A stretch of DNA of 64,000 nt from Adineta vaga (GCA_021613535.1 CP075494.1:13454001-13518000); one strand, 5' to 3'. Numbered from the stretch's first letter, positions 12,380 through 25,752 are shown. Numbers and translations are program-made. Notes: a model not told the origin generated them from the letters alone.

Positions 12380-13803
12380 TCATTGGAATCTTCGACGATG
12401 TTTTGAACGAATAGAAGTATTAATAATATGTTCATTTGATTGGAAGATTTCTGTTGAAATTGGTTTCTTATCAATTAAAGCACCCACCAAACGTAAAGCA
12501 CATTTATGTTTAAAACGATGGAATGTAAGTAAACTAAATGAGATCGAAAGAAAAAAACGTGACTTCTAATGAAGAAAATAACAAAGAATTGATTTACTGT
12601 TGATAGACATGAACAGGTGCTCGAGGTGTACATAATGTCACATTATGATGACGTTGAATTCCAAAAACATTCTCCTCTGTCAATGGACAATGGCCAAGAA
12701 ATGCACTTCGTGATTGAGAAAGAATATCAACTGATGACCATTTTGAAAAAATATTGATTGTAGTCACATCAATCGATTGATTTTCATAGGATGATAATGT
12801 TTGCATTATTATTTTAGCAACACTCGGTTTTAAACGATGATAAGTGATCAAATGATAATAACAACGACCGTATGTTAATGACGTGCAATTTTTCAATGAA
12901 TCACATGGCATACCAATTATATGATGATCAGTAGAGAAGCCAAATGCATTGGCAGATGATAATGGACATACATGATTAGGTAACTAGAATATCAAAGCTA
13001 AAAATAGAATATTTTGCACAAGAAAATCGAGAGTTAGTTTCGGAATCTTAACAAACGTTTGTTTAGGTAGAGCTTAGATTGCTATAGTCAAAATACTACA
13101 TATCAATGATCTATTACATACGTTAATTAACCATTTTGAATGAAGTGATAAATTCTTGGAATCAACATCATTTTGACAATCTAAAATAAACGAGATATTG
13201 ATTTCGTTTATTATATTAAAAAAATAGATTACCTGTAGGTAGTTTATTAATATGGGAATCAATGATTAGTTTTGTATTTTGTTTTTCTTTGCTTTGTTTC
13301 ATTTCATTTTGTTGTTTTAAAATTTGATCAATTTGAATTGGTAAAGAATTTTTTTCTTCATCTTCTTTTTTTATTCTAGCCAATTGTTTCGTATTTTTTT
13401 CATAATCATGCATTAATGTATGAAAATTTTGATTATCTAATTTATTTTCACAGATATTCACGAGAGAATCATGCATTTCATTCAGATGTTTCATTTCTCT
13501 TTCATAAAAATTATTTAATATCATTTGTTGCTGTTTAATATTATCGATTTGTTGTTGGATAGAAACGCGTTGATGATCGGCTTCAATGATCATTTGTGTG
13601 ATATCATGTTTCATCATATCATGATGTTGTTTCAAATGAATAAAACAACTTTCAAATTGAAATTATTCAATCATAAGAGGAAAAAAAAGAAGATAGATAC
13701 GGATGACTTACAGAAAACGACGGCAATGAGAACAGTAACTAAACATTGATTTAGTGCATTCATCTGAATGTTGGCATCGATCATCATCATTGATATGAAA
13801 CAT
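12380..13803 (-). CDS. B-box-like + coiled-coil protein with two CPL..C..HxxxxH repeats (uncharacterised)
   Basis: N-terminus CQHSDEC..YCSHCRRFLCFIHLKQHH, then a coiled coil (ORF 13216-13635), then CPLSSANAFG...PC...YYHLITYH and CPLTEENVFG...LC...YQHLLTFH. The last motif is completed by an intron at ~12596-12534. Confidence 0.7.
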
Positions 13804-14095
13804 GATTATTATTCGTTTAGAGAAATGTTATCAATCAATGATTTGAAAATGGATAAGGATGGATAAAAGAGTGATTTAATTAATCTATCTGATCAAACCA
13901 GTCTGCCTTTAAGAACTGATTAGTGAAGATGACGCTGAAATACGTCGAAACGATTCGTAGACACACGTCTACCATATTTACCTAACTTTAAACAGTATGC
14001 ATACTGCACGATAGTAAAATAGAAAGGATGGATATTGTAGAATCTCTTTTTATTTATTTTCTTAAAATTATATGTGGAAAAAATACATTATTAAC

Positions 14096-16231
14096 TTAGT
14101 GACAGTATTTATGACCATGTAGTATAGCATCGGCAGCACCACTAATTGTATTATCAACTGTAATATTAGTAAATCGATTTAAATAATTCTTCAGATAAGT
14201 TTCTGGTTGAAAGTTTTCATCAGGTGGACATTGTTGAAGGCTAAGCCAACGTTTCATATAATGAGACATAAGTTCCATTGGACCTAGAGCAAAACCATCA
14301 TCGATACCTGGAAAATATCGATGGGGTGGTACAAGTATCGTTGTATTTACATTCAAAATTCCTTCACGTTCAAAGCTTATTGGCATTTTAACTAATGTAT
14401 CAACACGAGTACGAATCAATAATTGATAACGAATATTAAATTTTTTTTCATATTCCTTCACAAGATCGTAACATTCATTAAGTGACCATAATTGTTGGAA
14501 ATAAGCAGGTACAGGTATAAGAGCATGATGAGGAAGTTGAAATTGAGCATTACAAGTAGAAGGAATACCAGGATCAATGATTCGATCTTCATAAAGAATA
14601 GTTACAGTCGAATTCATATATAAACGTGCTTGTTTAAGACGTGTATGTAGCGGAACAGGTCCTTGTTTGAATGATGAAGAGAGAAAAAGAAATGTATCGA
14701 TATCTCCACGAATTCGTCGACGAAGATTTATATGAGTAGTAGACCAAGCTTCCGGAACACATTCAGCAATACCAGTTACACATACAGCTGCACGTTTCTC
14801 TTTCGGCGCAGGGCGAGGAGAAGAAGAAGAAGAAGGAGGAGGAGCAGCAGCAGCAGCAGCAGAAGGAGATGATGCTACGATTGATGGAAATTTATAACCA
14901 ACAGAACGAAGATCATCAAGCCACGCATCCGTTATTTCCACTTCTTTCCATTTCCAAAATCCACCTTGACTTATGGCTCTTGCTAATTCACGAATTCTTC
15001 CAACTAACGAAGGATTTGATGATGACCATGATGCAAGAAAACGAACAAATGAAGCAGATTGATGATATAACTGATATTCATCATCCATATCTTCGATATA
15101 TGAATGACTATTTCGTATTTGCTGAACAGTTGATCGACCAAAAATTAAATGACCACCAATATCCCACAGAAGACGTTGGACCCAATATCCTCGCCAGATA
15201 TCACAAACACGAAATGTCGTTGTGACAGGAAGATATAAACCCCAGAATGCTTCATAGTATGTGACAGTATTTTGTGTATTGTATGGAGAAAATGTAAATG
15301 ATTCGAGAGCGATGGGTGGTTGATCACGATCGAATTGAACACGACCAATAGTCATTGGATGAGCCAAACGATACTATAAACAAACAAATAAATAAATGTA
15401 AGAGAGTTCTTTCTCAATACATAGTGAACAACTTACAATGGCATCAACATCAGGATCAAGATCAGCGAGATATTGTTGAATATAGGCATGTGTAATGTTT
15501 TGTTGATTCTGTCGAAGTGAATGCCATCCATCTTCGGTAAGATTTCTCAATTGATCAATAGGAAAACCTCGTGGCCAAATGTGTGGATGACCGAATGATG
15601 CATAAATATTGACAAAAAGTGATCGTTGTCGATGAAATGCAAACCAAGGAAGATGTTTTGGTTGTAGAAGTTTTGGTAGAAGATAAATATCATTGTTTTC
15701 GAGAAGATTATCATCATCTGATTCGAAAATAATTTGTGCACCACATTGAATAGCAATGAGATAGCCGAGATTTTTTCTTGCATAAGATCCTTGAGGTAGA
15801 AATTGTAGAATACGAAAGTGAAGAGAATGTTGTTGTTGTTGTTGAAGAGAAAGAAAGAGAAGACGAGAAGTGTTGTGAGAATTGAGATGTTTGAGCCAAT
15901 GAGTTGGTGTTTTTCGATCAGCAATAATGATAAGATTCCAAGGTGTAGTGAGATTGAGAAATTTGTAAATGGCTTGTGTTGGATAATGAATAGTTGTGAT
16001 AACAATCCATTTATCTCCTCGTATTGGACATACATATGTAGATGATTGTTTAGTATTCCACAATGAGAAAGATGATAAGTCAGAATCCGCACGTAACAAA
16101 AATAATTTTTCGACATTTTTATCAGAAAATAACTTGATCATTAATAAAAGAAAGATGGCACACATAATAATTAACAGAAGACTATTTTTGGAGCGAACCA
16201 TGATCTTAAAAAAGTAAATAAATTTTCCCAT
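14096..16231 (-). CDS. STELLO/DUF288-type putative glycosyltransferase fused to a second GT-like domain; type II membrane; one intron (15436-15374)
   Basis: KWIVITTIHYPT, IADRKTP, SYARKNLGYLIAIQCGAQIIFESDDDN, NIYASFG..IWPRGFP, IQQYLADLDPDVDAIYRL, FSPYNTQNT, LPVTTTFRVCDIWRGYWVQRLLW. After a Ser/Ala/Pro linker: RAAVCVTG...QQLWSLNECY...YQLLIRTRVD...GIDDGFALG...PETYL. The start may be 16201 instead. Confidence 0.85.
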
Positions 16232-16801
16232 TTGTTTAGCTAATGGAAAAGAATCTCTTATTTTAAAACATTTCAAGTTTAGTTCTTCTAGTCTTCTTGA
16301 AAATGTGAGTATAACTACTGATGATGACTAGGATTTAGATTAAGAATATAATTATAGATACATATCTAAATAGAACGACCGGGTATGCAATTCGATGGAA
16401 AAAATCGAAAAGAATAAATTCTACATTTCAAGAATATCTCGATGATTAATTCTGTTTTATAATGCCACGACTAAAAGTCCAAATAACTACACTTACTATG
16501 ACATATGTAGACAAGAAAGTTTTATTGAGAAATATCGTCGACGAATTGCATTGTATAAAAATCTGTATATGAAAAAATCACTTATTACATAAAAAATACC
16601 ATCTCATATGTTCTAGCATTGCTAATCGAAGAAGTGTATGTAATAGTCATAAAATCTTATACAGACTACTTACATAGTTAATCGACTTTTAATGATCATA
16701 TAGAATAATAATTAACAGGGTCCATATGAAAAGAAGGGAAAACGAATATGTATATAGCGCCATTTTCGATTATATGACTTATTATTCATTTATATTTTAC
16801 A

Positions 16802-18055
16802 ATGATCGATGAATGTTCCTTTCGTAGATATAATATTGACCAAAAGTTTGTATTCAAATTTCGATTCACTCTTAGTTATCGACGTTTATCACTTTGTATA
16901 ACTACATTTATATTCATATTTTTCTTATGGTTAAGTTATACTTCAACAGCAAACTATAAAAACAATGAAAAAGTAAAATTACTTCCAAAAAATTCAATGC
17001 CAACATTAGCTCGTGTTCTCTATTTATTTCTATGCGAAAATCAAGTTGAAATTGATACATATATGCAAATATTTCCAAGTATATCTGCAGATGCAGTATT
17101 CTATTGTTGGCGAGAAAACTGTAATTCATCTCGTTTTCGTTCTTCGAAACATATTTATGTCAATACATGGTCAAGTGAAACAAAAAGAAATGAAAAATTA
17201 ATATCTCTTGAGTCAATCTCAACTTATTACTATGTTCAATCTCGTATATTTATTATCAATGAAAAACAATTGAAAATCAAAGAAAAATTAACCTGGACAA
17301 CAGCACGAAATCAATTATATGAATTAGCTTTGAATGAAGAACGTAAACAAAACTGGCGATGGGCATATTATAATTTTGCTGATGGTGATGTTCATACTGC
17401 ATGTCCATTAGCAGATCAATTATTAACAAATAAAACAATTGTTGATTATGGAAAAAATGAAGAATATTTATTTGCGTCACATTTTTATTCATTTATAAGT
17501 TTAACTACGATGATAAGTGGAGAAGAAAAATGTTTTTTACTTTTTGATGCCTTTCTTCTTTCGATTTCACCAGCTATTGCAACTATATCAGGAACAAGTG
17601 GTCCTATGGCATATTCAGGACTTTTAACACAAATTGTTTATCATATTGATGCTATGTTTAATGCAATACACCGAGATGCATTACAATTTCTACTTCCATA
17701 TTGTCCAAGATATGATAGACGAAGTTGGTGGACAAGTCAAGCTATATTTGTCTATCGTTCATTATGTTTATATGGACATATTATCACCTTCGATGGTATT
17801 CACATCGTTCAACAAAATCATCGTTTATATCCTCGTATTGGTGATCCGTGGACAATGGATGACGACATGAATTTAGTTCCTAATTATCTACTTCCTCTAA
17901 AGCATTATATGAAACAATCCCGTTTTGTTAGTCCTTTAGTTTTACATCACTACGCAGGATGGAATCTTCGACTAGCAAGTGAAACATGTCGATATAATCA
18001 TACAGCTATGACAATTGATACATGCCTTGTACATGGTAATAATGTACCGAAATAG
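16802..18055 (+). CDS. Intronless type II membrane protein, putative GT-A-fold glycosyltransferase
   Basis: 417-aa ORF with an N-terminal TM anchor, TWTTARNQLY...YYNFADGD (DxD after a hydrophobic strand) and IDAMFNAIHRDA..LLPY...SWWTSQ. Confidence 0.65.
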   Translation: MIDECSFRRYNIDQKFVFKFRFTLSYRRLSLCITTFIFIFFLWLSYTSTANYKNNEKVKLLPKNSMPTLARVLYLFLCENQVEIDTYMQIFPSISADAVFYCWRENCNSSRFRSSKHIYVNTWSSETKRNEKLISLESISTYYYVQSRIFIINEKQLKIKEKLTWTTARNQLYELALNEERKQNWRWAYYNFADGDVHTACPLADQLLTNKTIVDYGKNEEYLFASHFYSFISLTTMISGEEKCFLLFDAFLLSISPAIATISGTSGPMAYSGLLTQIVYHIDAMFNAIHRDALQFLLPYCPRYDRRSWWTSQAIFVYRSLCLYGHIITFDGIHIVQQNHRLYPRIGDPWTMDDDMNLVPNYLLPLKHYMKQSRFVSPLVLHHYAGWNLRLASETCRYNHTAMTIDTCLVHGNNVPK

Positions 18056-18319
18056 TTTCTTTCGATTGAATAAAAACGAATGATGATGATGATGATGAAC
18101 AGAGTTTAACTTAATATAATATGTCTGTAAAGTACAGTATTTACTAAAAGCAGTCTGTGCGTTATTTTCACTTTATATTCAATTTATTCATACTTAATAT
18201 TATTTCAAATGAAAGCCACCATGCGACAAGCATTACATCGAATAGAATGTTTACTAGGCGTTTCCGAAGAATAATGAAAAAAAAGGCAAAAAGAAAAGCA
18301 AATGAAATCAGTCTCCTTT

Positions 18320-20327
18320 TTAATTGTATCTTCCACCACTTTGTGGCCCACCACGTGGATATACTTCTTGTCGACCTGTTCCACCATAGTTTGAACCGCT
18401 GCCATATGCATTTTGATTGACTGATCGATCATTTCCATATCTACCACCTCTTTCTTCTATTGTTTGACTGTATCGTGGCTTGAAATCAGGAAAATCTGTT
18501 TTCACACCACCAACGAATCGATTCTTCTTCGAATCATAAGTAGGAGCTGGTTGAGCAGATGCACCACCAGCAACACCAGCTGGAACTGGACCAGCAGCTA
18601 AAAACAATAAAATCAATCATCACATTCATCCATCAAAATACAATCTCTTCTCGTCATCTCGTACCTGGGACAGGTTGAACAAGTGGAGCAACATTCACAT
18701 TTGGTGGAGGAGGTGCACCCGAACTAACCAACGATGCATAACCCCATTTAATCAATTGAGCAACAGCAAAACGATGACCATAGAAGTTGATCAATGGTGG
18801 TAGAATATAGACTAAATTCAATACATGCACTTTCTCGATTAATCAAACTCATGATACTTACTACCACCAGTAGGTGAAAAAATGAATGTTTGATAAGTAA
18901 TTTTGTCATAGAAGATTGGAAGCCATGGAAAGATCGAAATGAGTGGTGGAAAGTTTCCTAACGAAAAGAAACGAGAAAAGATATGAGATAATGATAGATA
19001 TGACATGTAAGTAGTATACGGTGAGGAAATTTGCGAACATCTTTGTATTGACGAACAGGAAACTCGACACGTGAATATGAACGTTTGTTTTGATCATCTT
19101 TGCCGTTGTAATCTCGGTTTCTGCCATTGTAATCTCTGCCTTTGTCGTTGTAATCTCGGTTTCTGCCGTTGTAGTCTTTGTTTTTGTTATATTTGCTTCC
19201 ACCATATTTCTTGCGATTTCTTGTACTTTCCCAATCATCAGCAGCGCGAATCCAAACTGTCATCGATGCATACATATCTTCTTGATCGCTATACACAGGT
19301 CCGAAATCACCAACATCTTGTCCATATTCGCCCGGATGAACTCCATCACGACCAATAACTTCATATCGACTGTTGTCATATTCATCACTTCCATCATAAT
19401 TGTTGTCGTAACGTCCACCATAACGATTCTTACCATATCTGTCATTTTTTTTCGGATATTTATCCTGTTATGCATATCGAAAAATGAAATGAAATGAATA
19501 TTTTGGGTGAAGAACTTACTTCTTTGGGTTCATCTAAAAGAATACAGAGAAGAAGAAGAAGAAGGTGATGATGAGAATGGAATGAAAAGTGAAGTAGACT
19601 TACATGGTACGTGTGGATAATAATTGGTTGTTGTTGTTGTGAGTGGTCGTCTTGTTGATCGAGCTAATGTGATGAAAGTATAAATAAGATGAAAAGATGG
19701 TGAAGGGAAGAGAAACTTACATGTTGCCGGACGACGCGATGTCCATGTGGGATGATCCGTAGTAGGTGGACGACGCGATGTCCATGTAGGGTGATCCGTA
19801 GTGGGTGGACGACGCGATGTCCATGTGGGATGATCCGTGGTAGGTGGACGACGCGATGTCCATGTGGGATGATCCGTGGTAAGTGGACGACGAGTTATCC
19901 ATGTGGGATGATCCGTGGTAGGTGGACGACGAGTTATCCATGTGGGATGATCCGTGGTAGGTGGACGACGCGATGTCCATGTGGGATGATCCGTGGTAGG
20001 TGGACGACGCGATGTCCATGTGGGATGATCCGTGGTAGGTGGACGACGCGATGTCCATGTGGGATGATCCGTGGTAGGTGGACGACGAGTTATCCATGTG
20101 GAATGATTCGCAGTAGATGGATGGTCTGTAGTTGGTTTTCGATTTTCGAAAAATCGATCGGCTCTAAACGCTTCATTTTCCACTTCCTCTTCGTTGTCTG
20201 GTTGTGCTGATCCTTTTGAAAGAACAAAAAGCAACAAAATCGTGCTGTTCAAGAAAACAATCTATGGAAGAAGAAAAAGAGATCGTTGCGAAATACATTG
20301 AATCATTCATACTTTTCGACGCATCAT
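18320..20327 (-). CDS. Secreted low-complexity Thr/Pro-repeat and Tyr/Gly/Lys/Arg-rich protein, copy A
   Basis: Spliced N-terminus MMRRK|IVFLNSTILLLFVLSKGSA (signal peptide), 9x RRPPTTDHPTWTS, a Tyr/Asp/Asn-rich block, a hydrophobic core FPWLPIFYDKITYQTFIFSPTGG..YILPPLINFYG, and a Gly/Tyr tail. About 8 exons. Confidence 0.75.
18362..19720. repeat. Segmental duplication, copy 1 (pairs with 22804-24205)
   Basis: Near-identical over ~1.35 kb including introns. Differences are mainly one low-complexity block and a GAA microsatellite length. Confidence 0.95.
19728..20100 (-). repeat. 39-bp coding tandem repeat, ~9.5 copies
   Basis: Unit ggacgacgcgatgtccatgtgggatgatccgtggtaggt on +, encoding RRPPTTDHPTW(TS/IT) on -. 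Confidence 0.97.
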
Positions 20328-22696
20328 CGTTGGTAAATTTATATATTTCAACTGTACTGCTTTACATTTAGAATGATGGCTTTTATAGTTATCTAACTAT
20401 CCCTCTCTGCCTCTGGTTTTTTCTCTTAAAGGAACATACGTGTGTGTTGTCCTGAAATTACAAAAATATTGCATATATTAACAAGAAAAATTCCATTTGA
20501 TATACAGTAGAGCGGGAAAAATAATATTCCGTTTCTGGCATTTACAGAACAAATCGGTATGTAAGAAATAACTTTGAACTTATTCATACAAAACGCTTAA
20601 AAATTCACCATTCAAGTTACCACAATAAAGAACTATGATGGTTCTTATTTAGGAAAGATACAATAAGAGTGTAAATGTTGATTAGATACGTTTATTGAAG
20701 AAAATTCTTTCAAATGAGTAGTATGAAAGAAAGATTTGAAAATTAGTTCAAAGACAAATTTTTAATATGATTTACTGGAAGAGCTCTATTTGATTGTTTT
20801 AAGAAATAATGATACTTTTTACAATAGTAAAATCAGTCATTTCTGTGATGAAATTCATATCAAATTCTGATAAAAACGGATGGTACTGAAATTGATCGTT
20901 TATATTATTGTTCAGTTGCACGCATTGATACTATGTCCTATATTTTATTAGTTTATAAATATTGCCTATAGCCGATCAAAATTCTGATTAGTTTGTGTTA
21001 TTTACATGACAAGATTTTTCGATAGGCATCAGTTGATTGCAAACGAATTTTCATAAGAAAATGTATAAATTTCTGTACATCATATTTTTACTAATGTTTC
21101 TTTTTTTTCTAATATTCTCTCTAGCATTTGATTTGACTTCATATCTAAAATATTATGAAAGCTATTTATGATATGCATTGTTTTTGTACGTGATCATAGC
21201 AAATGAGCTAAGAGTGTAATTACGAGCGAAAGAAAGTACCAACATTCGCACAAGTACAAATCGAAATTCCAGATATGTATATTTTTCTTTTGGTTTCATA
21301 TGATAAATAATTGGATATAGATACTGTTATCCGTTTCAAACTTATCATATCTGTTTAGAAAACTGTCCAAGTTAAATCTAAACAACGTCTCTAAAATTGA
21401 ATTATGATAGAAGAGATGATTGGTACTTCATCATTCATAAAACAGAGAAGTAGTATATTTGAAATAAATGATTGTCATCGTTCTAAATTTTTCATATCCT
21501 TCCATGAAATTAAGTATATGAAACAATGCTTTACATTTTATTATTGAATTTTTAAAACTTATTCATCTTTGTTTTTTCTTTCATAGAATAAAAACAATTT
21601 TTTAAGATAGTTGTAAATCTTTTCTAGAAGATATACTAGTAGAAGTAAATAATCAATGTTCTTCTAAGCAAAACAAAGTAATGAATAGCACACTTTCAGT
21701 AAAACATCACTTAATCGATGCGTTTTTAAAATGTATCATTCTATTCGTCGTACTCGAAAAACTATTTTCTTCCATATAAATCATTTTGTACTCATTTTAA
21801 AACAATATACATACCATGACTGTAAAAATATTCATACATCACCTAGATAAGTTCTGATTCTATATCATGTATATATATAGTTATACAATGAATTACTTTT
21901 ATATGCGTTAGAGACGGATTATTTTAACGAATTATTCGTGATTTTCTTTCTTCATAATGATTTGATTTACTACACAACAAAACTATCTGTTCAAAGATTA
22001 ATAAATAAAGAAGTAATAAATTGAAACAGTTCTCACCTAGTATTTGTTGATATATTATTTAAAAACATCAAATAACTAATTTCTTTTTCTTCTATTATAC
22101 AAAGTAGAAGATAATAAGTTAAATTATAATGATAAATAATTTCGATGTAAATAATCGATCGTTATATCTGCTAAATGGTAACCAATCTCAGATCGGTTGT
22201 CGACATCGTAAGACATACTACATACATGATTATGATCACACTTCGTCAAATTCATTGGTAAAGTATACTATAAGTTGCGGTATAGTTTCAATATTCTTAA
22301 GTACGAAGATAGTTTATATATGATTTCATCATGATGTAATGAGTCTTCCTAACTATTCTTCTATTATTTATCCATCACTCGATAGAAACACTTTTTCCTG
22401 TCGTTTCTGTTTATCACTGTTGTATATATCAAACTTTTTTCAAAGTCACTTATTCTATATTAACGTTATTTGATCAACTGGAATGAGCAGCTAATAAAGT
22501 GCAAACTATGTTTCCTTACTCTAGAATTATTTCTAATCAGAATAGTTGTAATAAAGAGCACAGTAAATTGGTACATATTTATTAGAGATATGAAAAGATT
22601 AATAGTGAGGAAAAAGAAGAAAGAAAATGAAACGCTTGTGTATTTTTTCTTTCAGTATACATGCATGTAAAGGCACAAATCGAATCAGTTCCTATA

Positions 22697-24421
22697 TTAA
22701 TTATTTGCACCACCACTTTGTGGTCCACCGCGAGGATAAACTTCTTGTCGACCTGTACCGCCATAGTTGACATCGCCAGTTTGCGGTCCACCACGAGCAT
22801 ACACTTCTTGTCGACCTGTTCCACCGTAATTTGAACCACCGCCATATGCATTTTGATTGACTGATCGATCATTTCCATATCTACCACCTCTTTCTTCTAT
22901 TGTTTGACTGTATCGTGGCTTGAAATCAGGAAAATCTGTTTTCACACCACCAACGAATCGATTCTTCTTCGAATCATAAGTAGGAGCTGGTTGAGCAGAT
23001 GCACCACCGGCAACACCAGCTGGAACTGGACCAGCAGCTAAAAACAATAAAATCAATCATCACATTCATCCATCAAAATACAATCTCTTCTCGTCATCTC
23101 GTACCTGGGACAGGTTGAACAAGTGGAGCAACATTCACATTTGGTGGAGGAGGTGCACCCGAACTAACCAACGATGCATAACCCCATTTAATCAATTGAG
23201 CAACAGCAAAACGATGACCATAGAAGTTGATCAATGGTGGTAGAATATAGACTAAATTCAATACATGCACTTTCTCCTTTAATCAAACTCATGATACTTA
23301 CTACCACCAGTAGGTGAAAAAATGATTGTTTGATAAGTAATTTTGTCATAGAAGATTGGAAGCCATGGAAAGATCGAAATGAGTGGTGGAAAGTTTCCTA
23401 ATGAAAAGAAACGAGAAAAGATATGAGATAATGATAGATATGACATGTAAGTAGTATACGGTGAGGAAATTTGCGAACATCTTTGTATTGACGAACAGGA
23501 AACTCGACACGTGAATATGAACGTTTGTTTCGGTCATTTTTCTTATAATCATTGCCACCTTTATTAGAACTTTTTTTGTAGTCACTATCTTGGTAATTCT
23601 TATCCTTGTAGTCTTTCTTTTTGTTATAATTCTTATCGTTGTAGTCTTTGTTTTTGTTATATTTGCTTCCACCATATTTCTTGCGATTTCTTGTACTTTC
23701 CCAATCATCAGCAGCGCGAATCCAAACTGTCATCGATGCATACATATCTTCTTGATCGCTATACACAGGTCCGAAATCACCAACATCTTGTCCATATTCG
23801 CCCGGATGAACTCCATCACGACCAATAACTTCATATCGACTGTTGTCATATTCATCACTTCCATCATAATTGTTGTCGTAACGTCCACCATAACGATTCT
23901 TACCATATCTGTCATTTTTTTTCGGATATTTATCCTGTTATGCATATCGAAAAATGAAATGAAATGAATATTTTGGGTGAAGAACTTACTTCTTTGGGTT
24001 CATCTAAAAGAATACAGAGAAGAAGAAGAAGAAGAAGAAGAAGAGGAAGGTGATGATGAGAATGGAATGAAAAGTGAAGTAGACTTACATGGTACGTGTG
24101 GATAATAATTGGTTGTTGTTGTTGTGAGTGGTCGTCTTGTTGATCGAGCTAATGTGATGAAAGTATAAATAAGATGAAAAGATGGTGAGGGGAAGAGATG
24201 CTTACGCATTTTAGTTGTGCTTCTGGAAACGTTTTGTCTGGCGAATGCTTGGAATCCTTCGGTTTCATCACCTTCGCCTTCTGAATTCTCAGCACATTGA
24301 ATTAATGAAACAAAAAGCAAGAGAAGCAGACCACCGAATAAAGTAATCTTTAAAAACAATGAATGAAAATAATATATAATTTCCATTGAAGCAAATGGGT
24401 CCATACCTTTCGCGGCAACAT
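22697..24421 (-). CDS. Secreted Tyr/Gly/Lys/Arg-rich protein, copy B (no 13-aa repeats)
   Basis: MLPRK|ITLFGGLLLLLFVSLIQCA signal peptide, the same exon layout and core as copy A, and two copies of NYGGTGRQEVYxRGGPQxG at the C-terminus. Confidence 0.75.
22804..24205. repeat. Segmental duplication, copy 2
   Basis: Direct-orientation match to 18362-19720. Confidence 0.95.
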
Positions 24422-25752
24422 TTCTTTACAATAACTATCTTTCGACTGTATCGAGATACATAAAAACTGATCTTTTTTATAGACTTTTAAAACATTTTCT
24501 CTCTCTCTTTCTCTCTCACTGCTCTTATGGCATAGTGATCTACCTACAGAATATTGGAAATATTTCAGCGTGAAATGAATAAACTGATACGAGAGATACT
24601 TGCCTATTCTCATGGGCGTAGGTATGCATTGCATGAGAAAATGTCTTCGAAGATATATGCACAAAAGATATATGGCATAGTTTTAGATTCTGGCTAGGCG
24701 AAGATTATTCATATATAGATATTTTGAATACGTGATCATAATAAAGGTTTTAATAAACAAAATCTGTTTCGCAAGAATGGCTCGAGAATGTCGTTTTAAA
24801 TGCATTTATTTCGTCAAAAATTATCCTTTATCCAAGGAGAGATAAGTATCAGACGAGAAAATACACGTCAATATTCGTGTAAGTTTGAAATGCTCTATCC
24901 ACATTCGAAATGAACAAAAATATTGCTTTATACATAAGAACATGTTAAGAACGTGATTCAACCAGCACGCATAGTTGTAAGTATTTGGACATACTTGTAT
25001 ATAATTCTTATCTTCTTCACAAATAGTTCAAATATTTCTCTTAGTTTTTCGTTCAATCTACATACATTACATTGATTGATCATACTATTCTTCACTCATG
25101 CCTATTGAATAAGTAGACTATTTGATTTGATTGGTTACTATCAGAAACTAATTTATCTTCATATTGATATGAAATTAATATCTTGTGAAAAATTTTTGCG
25201 ATTCGGTGCAAAGATTCGATAATCATCATCGAACAACGGAAAAATGAAAGCGAATAATAATTGCATAACTACATACCAACATAGTTATAGGATAAAACGA
25301 GATTTGAATTTTTTTATATACTTTCATTTTCTTCCATTGAATAAAGAAATAGAATATAATAGACAAATAAGTAGACTTATTTTTCGATTTGAAAGAAATT
25401 TATATTATTTTCATTGTGTTCTGGTTCATCTACTCTTAACAATGACAATAATACACCCGCACACATGCACGTATCGAATAGAAAAAATGTGACAATAAAC
25501 GGAAAGCAAAGGAAAAAAAGAGAAACGCCAAGAAATGAAGTGTAAATTGAAGAAAAGTTTTAATAATCATAAACAACCAAAATTTATGTACAACGAAAAA
25601 TTGAAAACATATGAGGAAGAGAAAGGAAATCAGAAGGCAAATTTACTGATATATCAAGTCACAAGAAAAACAAAGTAAACGAATAGAAGAATGTCGAATA
25701 CATTCGAACAACGATAAGAAAATCAAATGATCAATGCATGTTTGAGATATCT

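Noticed and set aside
12594-12600. Premature stop truncating the second Cys/His repeat (pseudogene)
   Set aside because: The stop lies inside an intron; splicing restores HLLTFH and extends the CDS to 12380.
19728-20100. Neuropeptide precursor with RR cleavage sites
   Set aside because: Every RR is followed by Pro, which disfavours convertase cleavage, and there is no amidation Gly.
19717-20210. Alternative-frame ORFs (MDIASSTYHGSSH; RCPCGMIRGRW)
   Set aside because: By-products of a stop-free 39-bp repeat; only the RRPP frame joins the signal peptide and splice sites.
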